From IMG/VR virus record IMGVR_UViG_2645727901_000008: a stretch of 64,000 nucleotides of DNA; one strand, 5' to 3'. How positions within the stretch are numbered: position 1 is the first letter of the stretch; each line of letters starts with the position of its first letter. The stretch comes from a virus. Lineage: Duplodnaviria; Heunggongvirae; Uroviricota; Caudoviricetes. Both the position numbers and the translations under genes were made by a program. Of the stretch, positions 1 through 9,800 are shown one piece after another. The notes under the pieces are model-generated. The model did not search any database and was not told the origin of the DNA. It saw only the letters and a list, made by a program, of their open reading frames with translations.

Positions 1-430
1 GCCGTAACGAGGTTTAAAGTCTTTGCACGTTTCCATCACTCGACTGCCGTCTGTGGCTGTTCGTTGCAGCGGGGGTGCCTCCCCCTGGGGATATCCCCGG
101 CCTTACCCCATTCTTTCAAGACACAATGCAAGGCCGCATCCGCATAGGTGCATTACCGCAACATTAAGGAGACTTAGGGCAAAAGGTAATCGCCACAAAA
201 AAAATCCCTATGCCTCCTTAATGTTGAGGATGTGCATTGATGATGATTCGATGCGGCGAGTCCCGTTACTCTCTGCCGGACCATCATCAATGAACATCTT
301 AAAAAGACCTTCCGTGGCTCAACATGTCTTGTCGTTTACTCCGTAAAGTGCTCTCTCTGAAACCACTTTACGCACTAAACCTGCTGAACTTTGGCTTGCT
401 CGGTGCCAAAGCGAGTCCCTGTATGTATGT

Positions 431-448
431 AATTTTCTAACACTTTAA
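431..448 (+). promoter_or_regulatory. C1-operator-like motif copy (aattttctaacactttaa)
   Basis: One of 9 intergenic copies of an asymmetric ~16-bp motif ATTTTCTAACA(C/T)AAA. Resembles the asymmetric P1 C1 operator class (shared TCTAA core); the assignment is inferred. Confidence 0.4.
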
Positions 449-586
449 TTTGTTATTTGCTGGTGGGCGAACAACAACCAATAAGTGACTATCAAGCCCA
501 GCAAGCGAAATGTGGCAACGCTCCACCAGCAAGGAAAATTCTAAGTTAAGTTACTCTCACAATCAATACGTTCGTTTAGTGAAATT

Positions 587-603
587 AGATTTCTAACATT
601 TTA
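587..603 (+). promoter_or_regulatory. C1-operator-like motif copy (agatttctaacatttta)
   Basis: Same motif family, read directly; no ORF >=60 aa follows it, so the target may be a small gene or RNA. Confidence 0.4.
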
Positions 604-1821
604 TTTCCCATAAAGATCTTCTACGCCCCCATTCTTCTTGTCCCATTCGTTAGCCCACACCCGGCAGGCATCAATAATTTCTTGACGACGGTCGCCCTGC
701 ATAAAGGGGATGCTTTCATGAAAACTACTTGGGATACAGGCCACGCTGAATACGGTATCAAACGCAGTCTGTTTGATAGCTTCCAACGTCTCTGGGCGCA
801 TTTTCAATTCATCGATCGGCGCATCCTTAGAGTCCATAATCCGGCGATGCAGGCGCGGGAAATCAGTCTCCAGGTACGCCATAATTTTATCTGCCAGGCA
901 TTCGTCTATATCGGTATTCCAGTCCGTTTCGAAGCCGGGCAGGCGATAGTAAAGCGGCGTTCCCCATACTGATGGGATCACATCCATCGTCAGCAGGCGG
1001 TTGGTTCTAATTTGTTGATGGTAATTAGCCGTCAACAGAGCTTCACCACGCTGACCAGTCTCCGCAACCAGACCATGCGGGTACTCATGGATATAGGCAA
1101 TAGCATCCACCCCGTCATACATGAGCGGGAATGTCTCTGGCCTTTGTCCCATACCACAAGCGCGGTTCAGATCATGACCAAGCTGTGAGCACTCTCGTTT
1201 CAGCGTTTCAATAATGTTCTGCGCTGTTGCTAACTTTTTACGCAGTGTGACGCCTTCGCCTTGATACTTAATGCATTGCTGATTCAGCTCTGTTAAACGC
1301 TCTTTTAGTTCCCGACGCTCTCTTTTCAGCGCACGGTTATCCTTCTCCGCAACATCCAGTCGTTTTGACAGACTGGCTGGATAGTCTTTTTTGTAACGAC
1401 TCAAATCGGCTTCTGCGGATTTGCGCAGTGTGTTTGCCTGTTCAAGACGCGCTTCCAGATTACCGATCTCACTACGCATATTCGCGGCAAATTGATTAAC
1501 AGCATTGCCAAGACTTTCAACTGTCGCTGATACGCCTGTGACTTGTGAAAAACGGATCAAGCCATCATTAACGGCTTGTTGATATCCCTCAAACTGATCC
1601 ACCAGCTTGTTGTAATCAACCGTCCCTTCCTCAAGTAGCTGGTTGATCTCCGCGACCAGGTTATCAGTAGTGGCAATGACGCTCTCATGTAACCGTCTGG
1701 ACAGGTCATCCCCCGGATTCCGCTTTTGAATAAGGGCGATCTGTGTCCGCAGCGTTTCAATCGCGGCTGAGATGATTTCCAGATTAGAAGTATCAGTTTG
1801 TTGACTCATTGCAGTTCCCAT
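601..1821 (-). CDS. hypothetical coiled-coil protein, operator-controlled
   Basis: ORF track 601..1893. The N-terminal half is heptad-like and K/E/L/Q-rich; no catalytic motif recognised. The track start lies upstream of a terminator hairpin (1892..1918) and an operator copy, so the in-frame ATG at 1821 (or 1809) is the likelier start. Confidence 0.5.
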   Translation of the reverse strand: MGTAMSQQTDTSNLEIISAAIETLRTQIALIQKRNPGDDLSRRLHESVIATTDNLVAEINQLLEEGTVDYNKLVDQFEGYQQAVNDGLIRFSQVTGVSATVESLGNAVNQFAANMRSEIGNLEARLEQANTLRKSAEADLSRYKKDYPASLSKRLDVAEKDNRALKRERRELKERLTELNQQCIKYQGEGVTLRKKLATAQNIIETLKRECSQLGHDLNRACGMGQRPETFPLMYDGVDAIAYIHEYPHGLVAETGQRGEALLTANYHQQIRTNRLLTMDVIPSVWGTPLYYRLPGFETDWNTDIDECLADKIMAYLETDFPRLHRRIMDSKDAPIDELKMRPETLEAIKQTAFDTVFSVACIPSSFHESIPFMQGDRRQEIIDACRVWANEWDKKNGGVEDLYGK

Positions 1822-1837
1822 TGTTTTTTGCAAGATT

Positions 1838-1855
1838 AGTTTTCTAACATATTTT
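1838..1855 (+). promoter_or_regulatory. C1-operator-like motif copy (agttttctaacatatttt)
   Basis: Motif copy 17 bp upstream of the proposed start of the 601..1821 gene. Confidence 0.45.
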
Positions 1856-1891
1856 ATTAGTATGAGAACAAGAGCGAAAGATGTGATAAAC

Positions 1892-1918
1892 AAAAAACCC
1901 GCTAATCGGCGGGTTTTT
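1892..1918. terminator. bidirectional intrinsic terminator
   Basis: Stem aacccgc/gcgggtt with a 6-nt loop, flanked by an A-run on one side and TTTTT on the other. Confidence 0.6.
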
Positions 1919-1924
1919 GAGCGG

Positions 1925-2239
1925 TTATTGTGTCATTGCCTGGTAGATAAAATACACGATGCATACCGGTACGATAGCCCATTGCAGCAATGAAAGCAGC
2001 CTCATGGCTGTCATGGGAGTAACTCCATCTACGTATTCCTTCTCTGACATTTTCCCTAACCAACTAACCGACAAAAGGGTCGAGTTCTCCCCCATTTCCA
2101 GCTCCCTGAGGGCTTCCCGGATTAAAGGCGCTGTTACCACCTTGCGGGCAGTGTTGAGCGTAATGCTCCGCGTCCTCCCGGCGTCATCGGCAAACGCCAG
2201 GTTCACATGATATTTTTTGCTCAATGTACAAACTCCCAA
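1925..2239 (-). CDS. hypothetical protein with C-terminal hydrophobic segment
   Basis: 104-aa ORF; the C-terminus LLSLLQWAIVPVCIVYFIY looks like a TM helix. Last gene of the VRR-NUC operon before the terminator. Confidence 0.4.
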   Translation of the reverse strand: MGVCTLSKKYHVNLAFADDAGRTRSITLNTARKVVTAPLIREALRELEMGENSTLLSVSWLGKMSEKEYVDGVTPMTAMRLLSLLQWAIVPVCIVYFIYQAMTQ

Positions 2240-2421
2240 TCATTGGCTTTCGCGCTTTCCGGGGTAATGCATACCTTGTCGCCGGTAACTATGTTTCGGG
2301 CTTCTAATGCCCCATCATCCATCTTTTTAAGCTCTATACAGAAAGAATGAGGCCATGAGCAGCGACGAGCAACAACGTTAGCACCAGCAGGGATAAGTTC
2401 AGCCACGTTAAGTAAACGCAA
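2221..2421 (-). CDS. hypothetical small protein
   Basis: 66-aa ORF between the VRR-NUC gene and the 104-aa gene; overlaps the next ORF as in a coupled operon. Confidence 0.35.
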   Translation of the reverse strand: MRLLNVAELIPAGANVVARRCSWPHSFCIELKKMDDGALEARNIVTGDKVCITPESAKANDWEFVH

Positions 2422-2435
2422 AACGATTTCTCCGT

Positions 2436-2882
2436 TTAATCAAGACAAACATATTCCGTGATAGCTTTTATGGCTTCATCGGCACTGCGCGCCTCAAAGC
2501 AGTAATAGCCTGCTTCCGTGAGGCGAGTCATCCAGACGAGCTGTTCGGGAGTCAGACGGTTTCTCCCGTGCTTCATCTCAATGCGCATTCCGTGATACCC
2601 ACCACGAGCAAGGTCAATAGAAAGGTCCGGATAGCCCTTCTTCTGACCTTCTGCCACCATCTTAATGGCTGTCCTTTTGCCTCTCAGGCCGCCGTTCGGT
2701 GTTGAGTGTGTGTGCTCATACACGTATCGCATGTTGCGATACAGCCAATCCAGAACGCGAACCTGTTCGTAATGTTCGTAATTCCGTTTTAATAAGTCAG
2801 GATTTCTTTCTAACTCTCTCAGTGCAGCAGCGTGCGGGGATATTTCAGAATACGCACTATGATGCCTGCGTCTTCGCATCAA
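2436..2882 (-). CDS. VRR-NUC domain nuclease-like protein
   Basis: Motif GYPDLSIDLARGGYHGMRIEMK fits the VRR-NUC / PD-(D/E)xK pattern (D...E.K). Operator copy sits directly upstream. Confidence 0.65.
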   Translation of the reverse strand: MMRRRRHHSAYSEISPHAAALRELERNPDLLKRNYEHYEQVRVLDWLYRNMRYVYEHTHSTPNGGLRGKRTAIKMVAEGQKKGYPDLSIDLARGGYHGMRIEMKHGRNRLTPEQLVWMTRLTEAGYYCFEARSADEAIKAITEYVCLD

Positions 2883-2896
2883 ATTTCTAACACAAA
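2879..2896 (+). promoter_or_regulatory. C1-operator-like motif copy (caaatttctaacacaaac)
   Basis: Motif overlaps the start codon region of the VRR-NUC gene. Confidence 0.45.
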
Positions 2897-3067
2897 CTTA
2901 CTGAATTCATGAACACGATAATAACAAGAGCGTTAGTTTTATCAAACCGAGGGGAATACTACTGAAGAGATAGGCGGATGCAACAGGTCGGACTTGTTTT
3001 TAGAGTAAATGGTGATGCGGGTCAACAAGCCGGGTAAATTGTATGTCATTTACCCAACTTGTTATTT

Positions 3068-3328
3068 TTAATGGTTTATTTTATCAGGTTCGTTAATTTC
3101 CGTAACCGCCTTGTCGATAGCAATCATCCATCCTTCATAGGATAAATCATCAACAAGTCCCACCAGCTTATCGTCAGTGTGCGGAAAATAAATCCATCCC
3201 CATTTCGAAGGGTTTCCTATATGCCGCAGGGTAAATACCCGCTTATAACGGTGGTATTCAAGGGCGTATCCCTTCCCTTGTGAGTACGCTTTTAAGTCGT
3301 CGATCGTAAACCTACGATTCTTCCGCAT
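3068..3328 (-). CDS. hypothetical small protein downstream of darB (P1 lxc/ulx region by synteny)
   Basis: 86-aa ORF, tightly packed after the preceding gene; no motif recognised. The P1 comparison is from memory only. Confidence 0.45.
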   Translation of the reverse strand: MRKNRRFTIDDLKAYSQGKGYALEYHRYKRVFTLRHIGNPSKWGWIYFPHTDDKLVGLVDDLSYEGWMIAIDKAVTEINEPDKINH

Positions 3329-3330
3329 GG

Positions 3331-3765
3331 CTACCCCACGATTCGATATTTCTCTATAGACTCGTCGTAACTTGTGTATACGTATGGCTCTGTATCATCA
3401 GCATAAGGCGCGACTTCCAGAGCATGAACGGGATTGTATACCGCGTCATTTTCCAGGCGATCGCTCGAATACAGATGCCCGGCTAAAACCGTAAGCGCCG
3501 GGCGACTCATTTTGTAGATTTCTGCCACATCACTATCTACAACTTGTCCAAATGATATGTCGCCACGCTCCAGCAATAACGTTTTAAGCGCAGGCCACCA
3601 CGGCCCATAAAGATGATAAAGCTGTGGATCTCTTTTCAGCCTTTCCGCCATGCCATCCAGATATGCATCCAGAAACGCCTCTTCACTCCTGCCATTGAGC
3701 GCCTGCGGCAAAATGTCCTCAAGGTAGGATTCCGTCGGTTTTACAGTGTCAATTAATGTCGTCAT
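3331..3765 (-). CDS. hypothetical protein co-transcribed with darB
   Basis: 144-aa ORF 36 bp downstream of darB on the same strand, with a short stem-loop (3770..3795) between them. Confidence 0.5.
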   Translation of the reverse strand: MTTLIDTVKPTESYLEDILPQALNGRSEEAFLDAYLDGMAERLKRDPQLYHLYGPWWPALKTLLLERGDISFGQVVDSDVAEIYKMSRPALTVLAGHLYSSDRLENDAVYNPVHALEVAPYADDTEPYVYTSYDESIEKYRIVG

Positions 3766-3801
3766 TCAAATTCGGCCCCGGTTGGGGCCGCTCCTTATCT
3801 G

Positions 3802-6800
3802 TTAGGCCGCATCGGCGATTATTTTACGCAATTCATCTACCGAGTAACGCGTAGATACCATCCATGCAGGACGGTCAAAGTTCACATCAGCAACCGGGTT
3901 TGCTTCAAAATTCCAGAAACGCCCGCCAATCTTCTTAATCGCGTCTTTGGCGTTCCGTATTGTCGAGGAACCAGGTTGGTCGGCAATGAGATAAACCGCA
4001 CCGACGTCCTCGCTGACACTCCACCAGCGCCCGCGAACACGCGCCTTAGCGCGAATCGGCTTATCATTAACCACAATGATATAGTCATCATTCGCCGCTT
4101 CATCAGCTCTGGCTTCAGCCACTGCCGCCTGCTCTTCTCTTTTGCTTTCAGCCTGTTCAAGCCTTTCCGCGATCTCTGATTCGGTGGCCCCGCCGTTTTT
4201 CAGCGATACATAGTCTTGCCACGTTGCTGATTTGAGCGCATCCGGCAACTCATTCACATAGTCACCGTCTTTCAACTCACGGGCGCGGCGGGTAGCCATT
4301 TCTACCAGGCGATTAACAGAAACAGCATCAGCAAAATCGTCCTTACTAATGTGTTTTTCATCAAATGCATTGATGACAGCCCCCACCTTAATCCACTGCG
4401 CTGCTGGCGAATCCAGAGGATTATCGGCCTGAACAATGGCTAATTTCGCTCCATCGACACCATTATTAGCCAGCTGCTCCAATGCCGACCAGCCATCGGC
4501 ATCGCTGAGTGATTTATATTGCTCAAACAATGCATCGCGCCAGGCCACCAGCGCAGCTCGTGTTTTCTCAATTTTCGCCGTAATTTTCGCGGCCTTCACC
4601 TGATTAAACATCCGTTCAATGTCATCAGTGTTGCTAAAGGCTTTCATCCTGCCCTGGAATAAACGGTATGCCACCACGGTCTTCCAGAAAGATTCCAGCC
4701 CTTCTCCGGACGGTTTACGGAACAGGCTAAGAATATCTTCAGAAGTAACTTTATTAAGTGAGCGACCGGACAAACCACGCCCTGCCATCCAGTTTTCAAA
4801 CTCCTGGGAAACATCATCCATCGTGGCCTGTGACCCCCATGCCTGCATTCCCTGGATGTAATCATATCCATACAATGCCTGGAGGAATCCCTCGCCGTCC
4901 ACGACATTCAGCGGGTTATCACTGGCTTGTATTTTTGCCACTTCACGCTTCAGCGCCTCATCGTTGCCATCAGGGTAAATCCACCGCTCAGGCGCTATAT
5001 CCGATGCTCGCCCGATTTTTTGACCTATTACGCCATCATAAGCCGATGACAGTGCAATCTGACCATCATCGGTGCGATAAGCCCAGTATTTAATAGCTGA
5101 ACCACCGCCCCATACTCTACTAGGCTTCCCGGCAGTGACATTCATTACCCCATTGCGAATAGCATCATAGAACTGATCGCGCGTAAGTGTTGTTGATAGC
5201 TGGTGGCATTGAACACCACGTGCAGCTGTTTCACGCGATTCTGCAACTCCCTCTTCAAAGGTTACCGATTCAATTATCAGGTTAAAGGGCAAAAATAATG
5301 CCGTCCCCGGAGAACGAGAGTAACGACTAGCCACATCCAGCCAGGATATGCGGCACGTACACCCGCCCCTTTCCGCATCAATGGCGGTAACACGAACAAT
5401 TGCTGTCGTATTGTGATTCTCATCGATGATCGCGCGATAATGGCTGCCCTTGTGCAACAAGATATTTTTCTCAGTGCGTACATACTCCTGTGGGTTCTGC
5501 AATACATCGGCATCAAGCTCCAGAACCCCGGCTTTAATCGCACGTTCCAGATCACCACGAGAACGTTTCATAACGGTGTCAGCGTCTTTAGCTCTGGTGA
5601 TCGCAAAGCGTAGCTCCCGCACACGTTTTCTGTAGTCTCGCAACTGTTCCAGAACATATTTCTGCCCGTTCCTGTTCGTCCCCGCTTTAATCAGGTCGTC
5701 AAGATTGCGCTGGTAATGCTCTACCTGCTCCATCGCGCTTTTCAGTTCTGTCTCCATCATGCCGATATCTTTCCCGGCAGCATTCGCCGCTTTCAGGTAG
5801 TTATCGAGAGCATTATTGGCTTCGCGTAGGGCTTTCAGTTTCAGACGTTCTTCACGCTCTTGCGCCTGACGACTCATGATTGCACGGCGTTCTTCCGGAT
5901 TTGCCGCCAGCATAATGGCGCGTTCATCTGCGTCATCCGCATCACCATTGGCGATCTCTGACATGTCGGAGGTCATCACCATATTGATCCAGTCCTTCTT
6001 ACGTTTCAGCGTATCCAGACGGAAGTCATCAAATGTGCCTTTGCCACAATAGTAGTGAACATTGACCTTTTCTTGTGGTGAGCCTACCCGAGCGCCGCGC
6101 CCATTACGTTGGTCGATACTGGCAGGAGTCCAGGGTAGTGTCAGATGGTGGATATCGGTTGTCCCGATGTGCAAGTTAATACCTACTTCAGCCTTCTTGT
6201 TACAGATTATGATGCGCGTGCGACCTTCGTTATAGTCGGCGGCAATACCTTCCATGCCCTCAAGGCCAGCATCATTTTTAGCTGAGAGATAATCCTCATA
6301 TTGGGCAAGTTTGCTGTAGTAGGTTTCCCATGCACCTTCTTTGTATTCACCGTTTTTATTTGGCGTAGGTTCAGTCGGCTTATTCACCTTCTTCAGCTTG
6401 ACGCCGCCAGCCTGGCTAACTGTCGTCGCATTGATAATGCCTATCTCCTGCTCCGGCATTTGCAGTGCACTGGCAATAATACGGCGCAGCTTCTGGTGCT
6501 GGGCTTTTTCATCAATGAAGACGATTTGTTTACCGTTCTTCAGACCTTCACGAAGGTTTTCGATCAGCGCGGCATACTTCGGCGGGATGGGGTGTGATAC
6601 CTGCTGCATATCAATACCGGCAGCCGCAATGGCCTTCAGTATTTCAGCTTCCAGTTCAATGCCAGCACGTATTTCAACATGCGACGGATGTTCGCTAAAG
6701 GTGGTCTTCACTACCTTGCTGGCACGCGTACTGACCAGCCCACCAGCGCCATCTTCTTCGGCCTCGTCTACATCATCTGCCACTTTACCGCCAGCTACTT

Positions 6801-9800
6801 TTGGCAGGGCATCAGCAATAGCTTTTACCTTGTCTGCAAGCTCAACGGGGAACTGGAATGTAATCGCACTGGCATACAGATCAGGATCTATAGCAACCTT
6901 ATCCATGTCGCGGATGATGGAGAAGATGAAATCATCCGGTTTTTCGTTTGTGATATGCCCGTTTTCATCGACCGTCAGCGCATCTTTACTACTTAACTCC
7001 TGTGCACGCTTACGAAGTTCTTCGTAAATGGCCTCTTGCTCTCCTGTCATCGGGATCTGCAAGGTATTCTCGACAATATCAGGGATTTTTACCGTCGCCC
7101 CGACGTCCGCAGCAGTCTTCAGAGTAGTCCAGCGATGGAAAATACCACGCAGACCATCCAGGTTCTGGAAGCCCACCAGTCCCTGCTTCTCTTCCACCTC
7201 ACCGGAAATTTTCTGAACCTGAACTGTGGCTGTTTTACCGAACACGCGAACGAAATCATCCGGCGTAACAATACCCATGCGCATCCACTCTTCCTGCGGA
7301 ATGACAGTAGACAGCATGTTGAAAGCATCAATCGGGCTGTTCACCAGCGGTGTTGCCGTCAGCATAACCACACCACGCCCGTTGTTGCGTTTCATCATGT
7401 ACGCAGCTTTTACAGCCATGTCGCGGGCCATTTTGGATACTGCCGGGTTAGGCAAATATGCCAGTTGCCCCGCTTCGCGCCCGGCGCTAAAGGAGTTGCG
7501 GTAGTTATGCCCTTCGTCGGCAATTACGCTATCGAAGTTCATATCCTCAAAGTACGGGATATTCTGCTTCTTCGTTGTACCGGTATTTGCGGCCTGGTCC
7601 TTAATCTTGTTCTTCTTCTGCGCGTCACGGTGTTTGCCAGATGCCAGGTCAAGACGCCCCATTTCCACAGCATTAAAGACCGCTTGCTGTGAGTTTTCCT
7701 CAATGGTTTCTTCTCGTAGCGGGATAGACGCGAATTGCTCTTTTGTCATGATGACCGTTCGCCAATTTGACGACGGGATCATGTTCATGCGCTGAACGAT
7801 AACGGCGCTGGCGGACTCTTTCACAACATTTCTGGTAAGAGCCTGCCCGTTACTGTCGAGGCGTGGTTCGCCATTTTCATCAAGCACCGGCGCGGTCAGA
7901 ATATTTCCGCTGTCATCACGAACTTCATCCAAACCGATAAACATCATATTGGCGAAGGCATCAGAACTGTAGAAACTCTGTGCCTCGTGATACCAGTTCT
8001 GATAAACCGCCTTCGGAACAACAATACACGTGCGTTTAGTGCGACCTGTTTCGAAGTTATACGCCTCAAGCGCAAGCGCGGTCGTGGTTTTACCCAGCCC
8101 GGTGCCAAATCCCATGATGCCGCGCCCATCTTCTGATAAGCGACGAACTTCTTCATTCTGATAAGTCAGAGGAATGCGCTTCCCACTAATCCCCTCCAGG
8201 CCAAGCGGTGCGTCAGAATGCGTAAACGGGATGAAGCCATTAAATGCGTCGTTATAGTCGCGGGCTATCTGATCAGCCTGCGGGTGAGTGCGTAACCAGT
8301 CGTTGAAGCTAATTTCCAGTTGAGCAATCTTATCCAGGTACTCGTTAGCGTTCTGCCCACGCGGTTTAATGCCGTTCAGGTAGTTTTCTAACTGGTTCAG
8401 GAAGCCGTCTTTATTGTTGGCCTTCTTGAACTCATTCCCGTTTTTGCCGTTTACGGTTCGTAGTTGATAGCCAGTAAATACCCCGTCCTTACCTTCGTAA
8501 TCGTCCGGAGATACCAGAATGCCGTCCTCAACCTTAAGGTCGGGTTCTGTATACTTAAACTCGTCATAGCCCTGCTCTGCCAGGAACTCTTTTATCAAGC
8601 GGCGATCCAGCCAGCGGGCGTTCAGATTAACGGTGACTTTATTTAGTGGCGTGAAAATGCGTTTCTCTTCGATTTTCGCCAACTGACGCTCAAAGTTCGC
8701 TTTCTGCTCACCTGTTGACGCATCACGCCAGCCCACCAGCAATGCTGTTTTGGTTGCAATATCGCCGCTGGTGGCGCGGTCCATCGGCAGCAGGCAGCCA
8801 TACCCATCAATAGCGATATCATCAAATTTCGCCAGGTATTCCAGAGCAGCATCGTCGTCTCCTGGCAGTTCGCCAGCAAACGCCTCACGAAAATCGTCCA
8901 GTGTGATTGGATTAAGTGCCACGTCACTGAAAAGGTGGGTTACAACTTGTTCCGGGCGTGTAAAGTCAATACCGGCAGCACCATCCGTTACATCAAGTCG
9001 TCCAGCAAGGAGGTCAGAAGCAGAGCCGTCCTGTTTCACGTTGCCAGTGAAAGTCATCCAGTTTTTAGCGCCAGCTTCAGCAATCCCATTCAGCTTAATC
9101 GCGTGCGGCGGACCATACTTCGCAATTTCGGCTTCCGCCAGGCGCGCGGCATCAGCAAGTACATCATCAACATTTTCCCCCAGATTACGCTTATCAAGCG
9201 CCTTGTTGATCAACTGCCCTATCAGTGCGCCGCGCATAACGCGTTCTCTGTCTTTTTCTCTCTGCTTGCCAGCAAAGCGAATCATTGCCGCTACTTCATC
9301 ACTGATAACCGATGGATAGTCGGACGCGATCGCCGATATCTGGTCCCATGACAACGCCAGAATGCCATTTGTTGACTGAAACGCGATCTGCAGATCACCA
9401 AACGTCGTAACACCATATCGATTTACATCAAGCGCGGAGGATTTGGTTGTCGCGTCCTTGACCCATTTCAGACCATCAAACTCATGCCAGATGCCGCCTA
9501 CAAGGCGTTTATCGCCCACTTTCGCGCCCTGCCATGCCTGAGTAGTTACGCCAAGCAAATCCCAATTAATGCGGCTTTCAAAGCGGCGCGATAGAGCGGT
9601 TTTCATCGACTCATTGGATACACGACCGTCCTTTTTCACCACCAGGGTATTGCGGAAGCTGGTACGCTCCATATCGCCGTAAACAAATCGCTTCCCTTCG
9701 GTTGTAAACCATTTTCCTTTGAGGAAGGTATCCCAAAGGACGTTTGCCGATTTGAGCGTTGCATCATCCGTGTCGGGGATCATCTCCAGGAAGGTTTCCG

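Noticed and set aside
23-346. 107-aa plus-strand ORF at the window start
   Set aside because: No convincing RBS; Arg/Pro/His-rich low-complexity translation; lies in a region with GC-rich hairpins and operator copies, more likely regulatory or non-coding.
6341-7027. 228-aa and other plus-strand ORFs inside the darB gene (also 8750..9319, 10035..10337)
   Set aside because: Antisense to a long, well-supported coding frame; Ser/Ala/Cys-rich low-complexity translations typical of spurious reverse frames.
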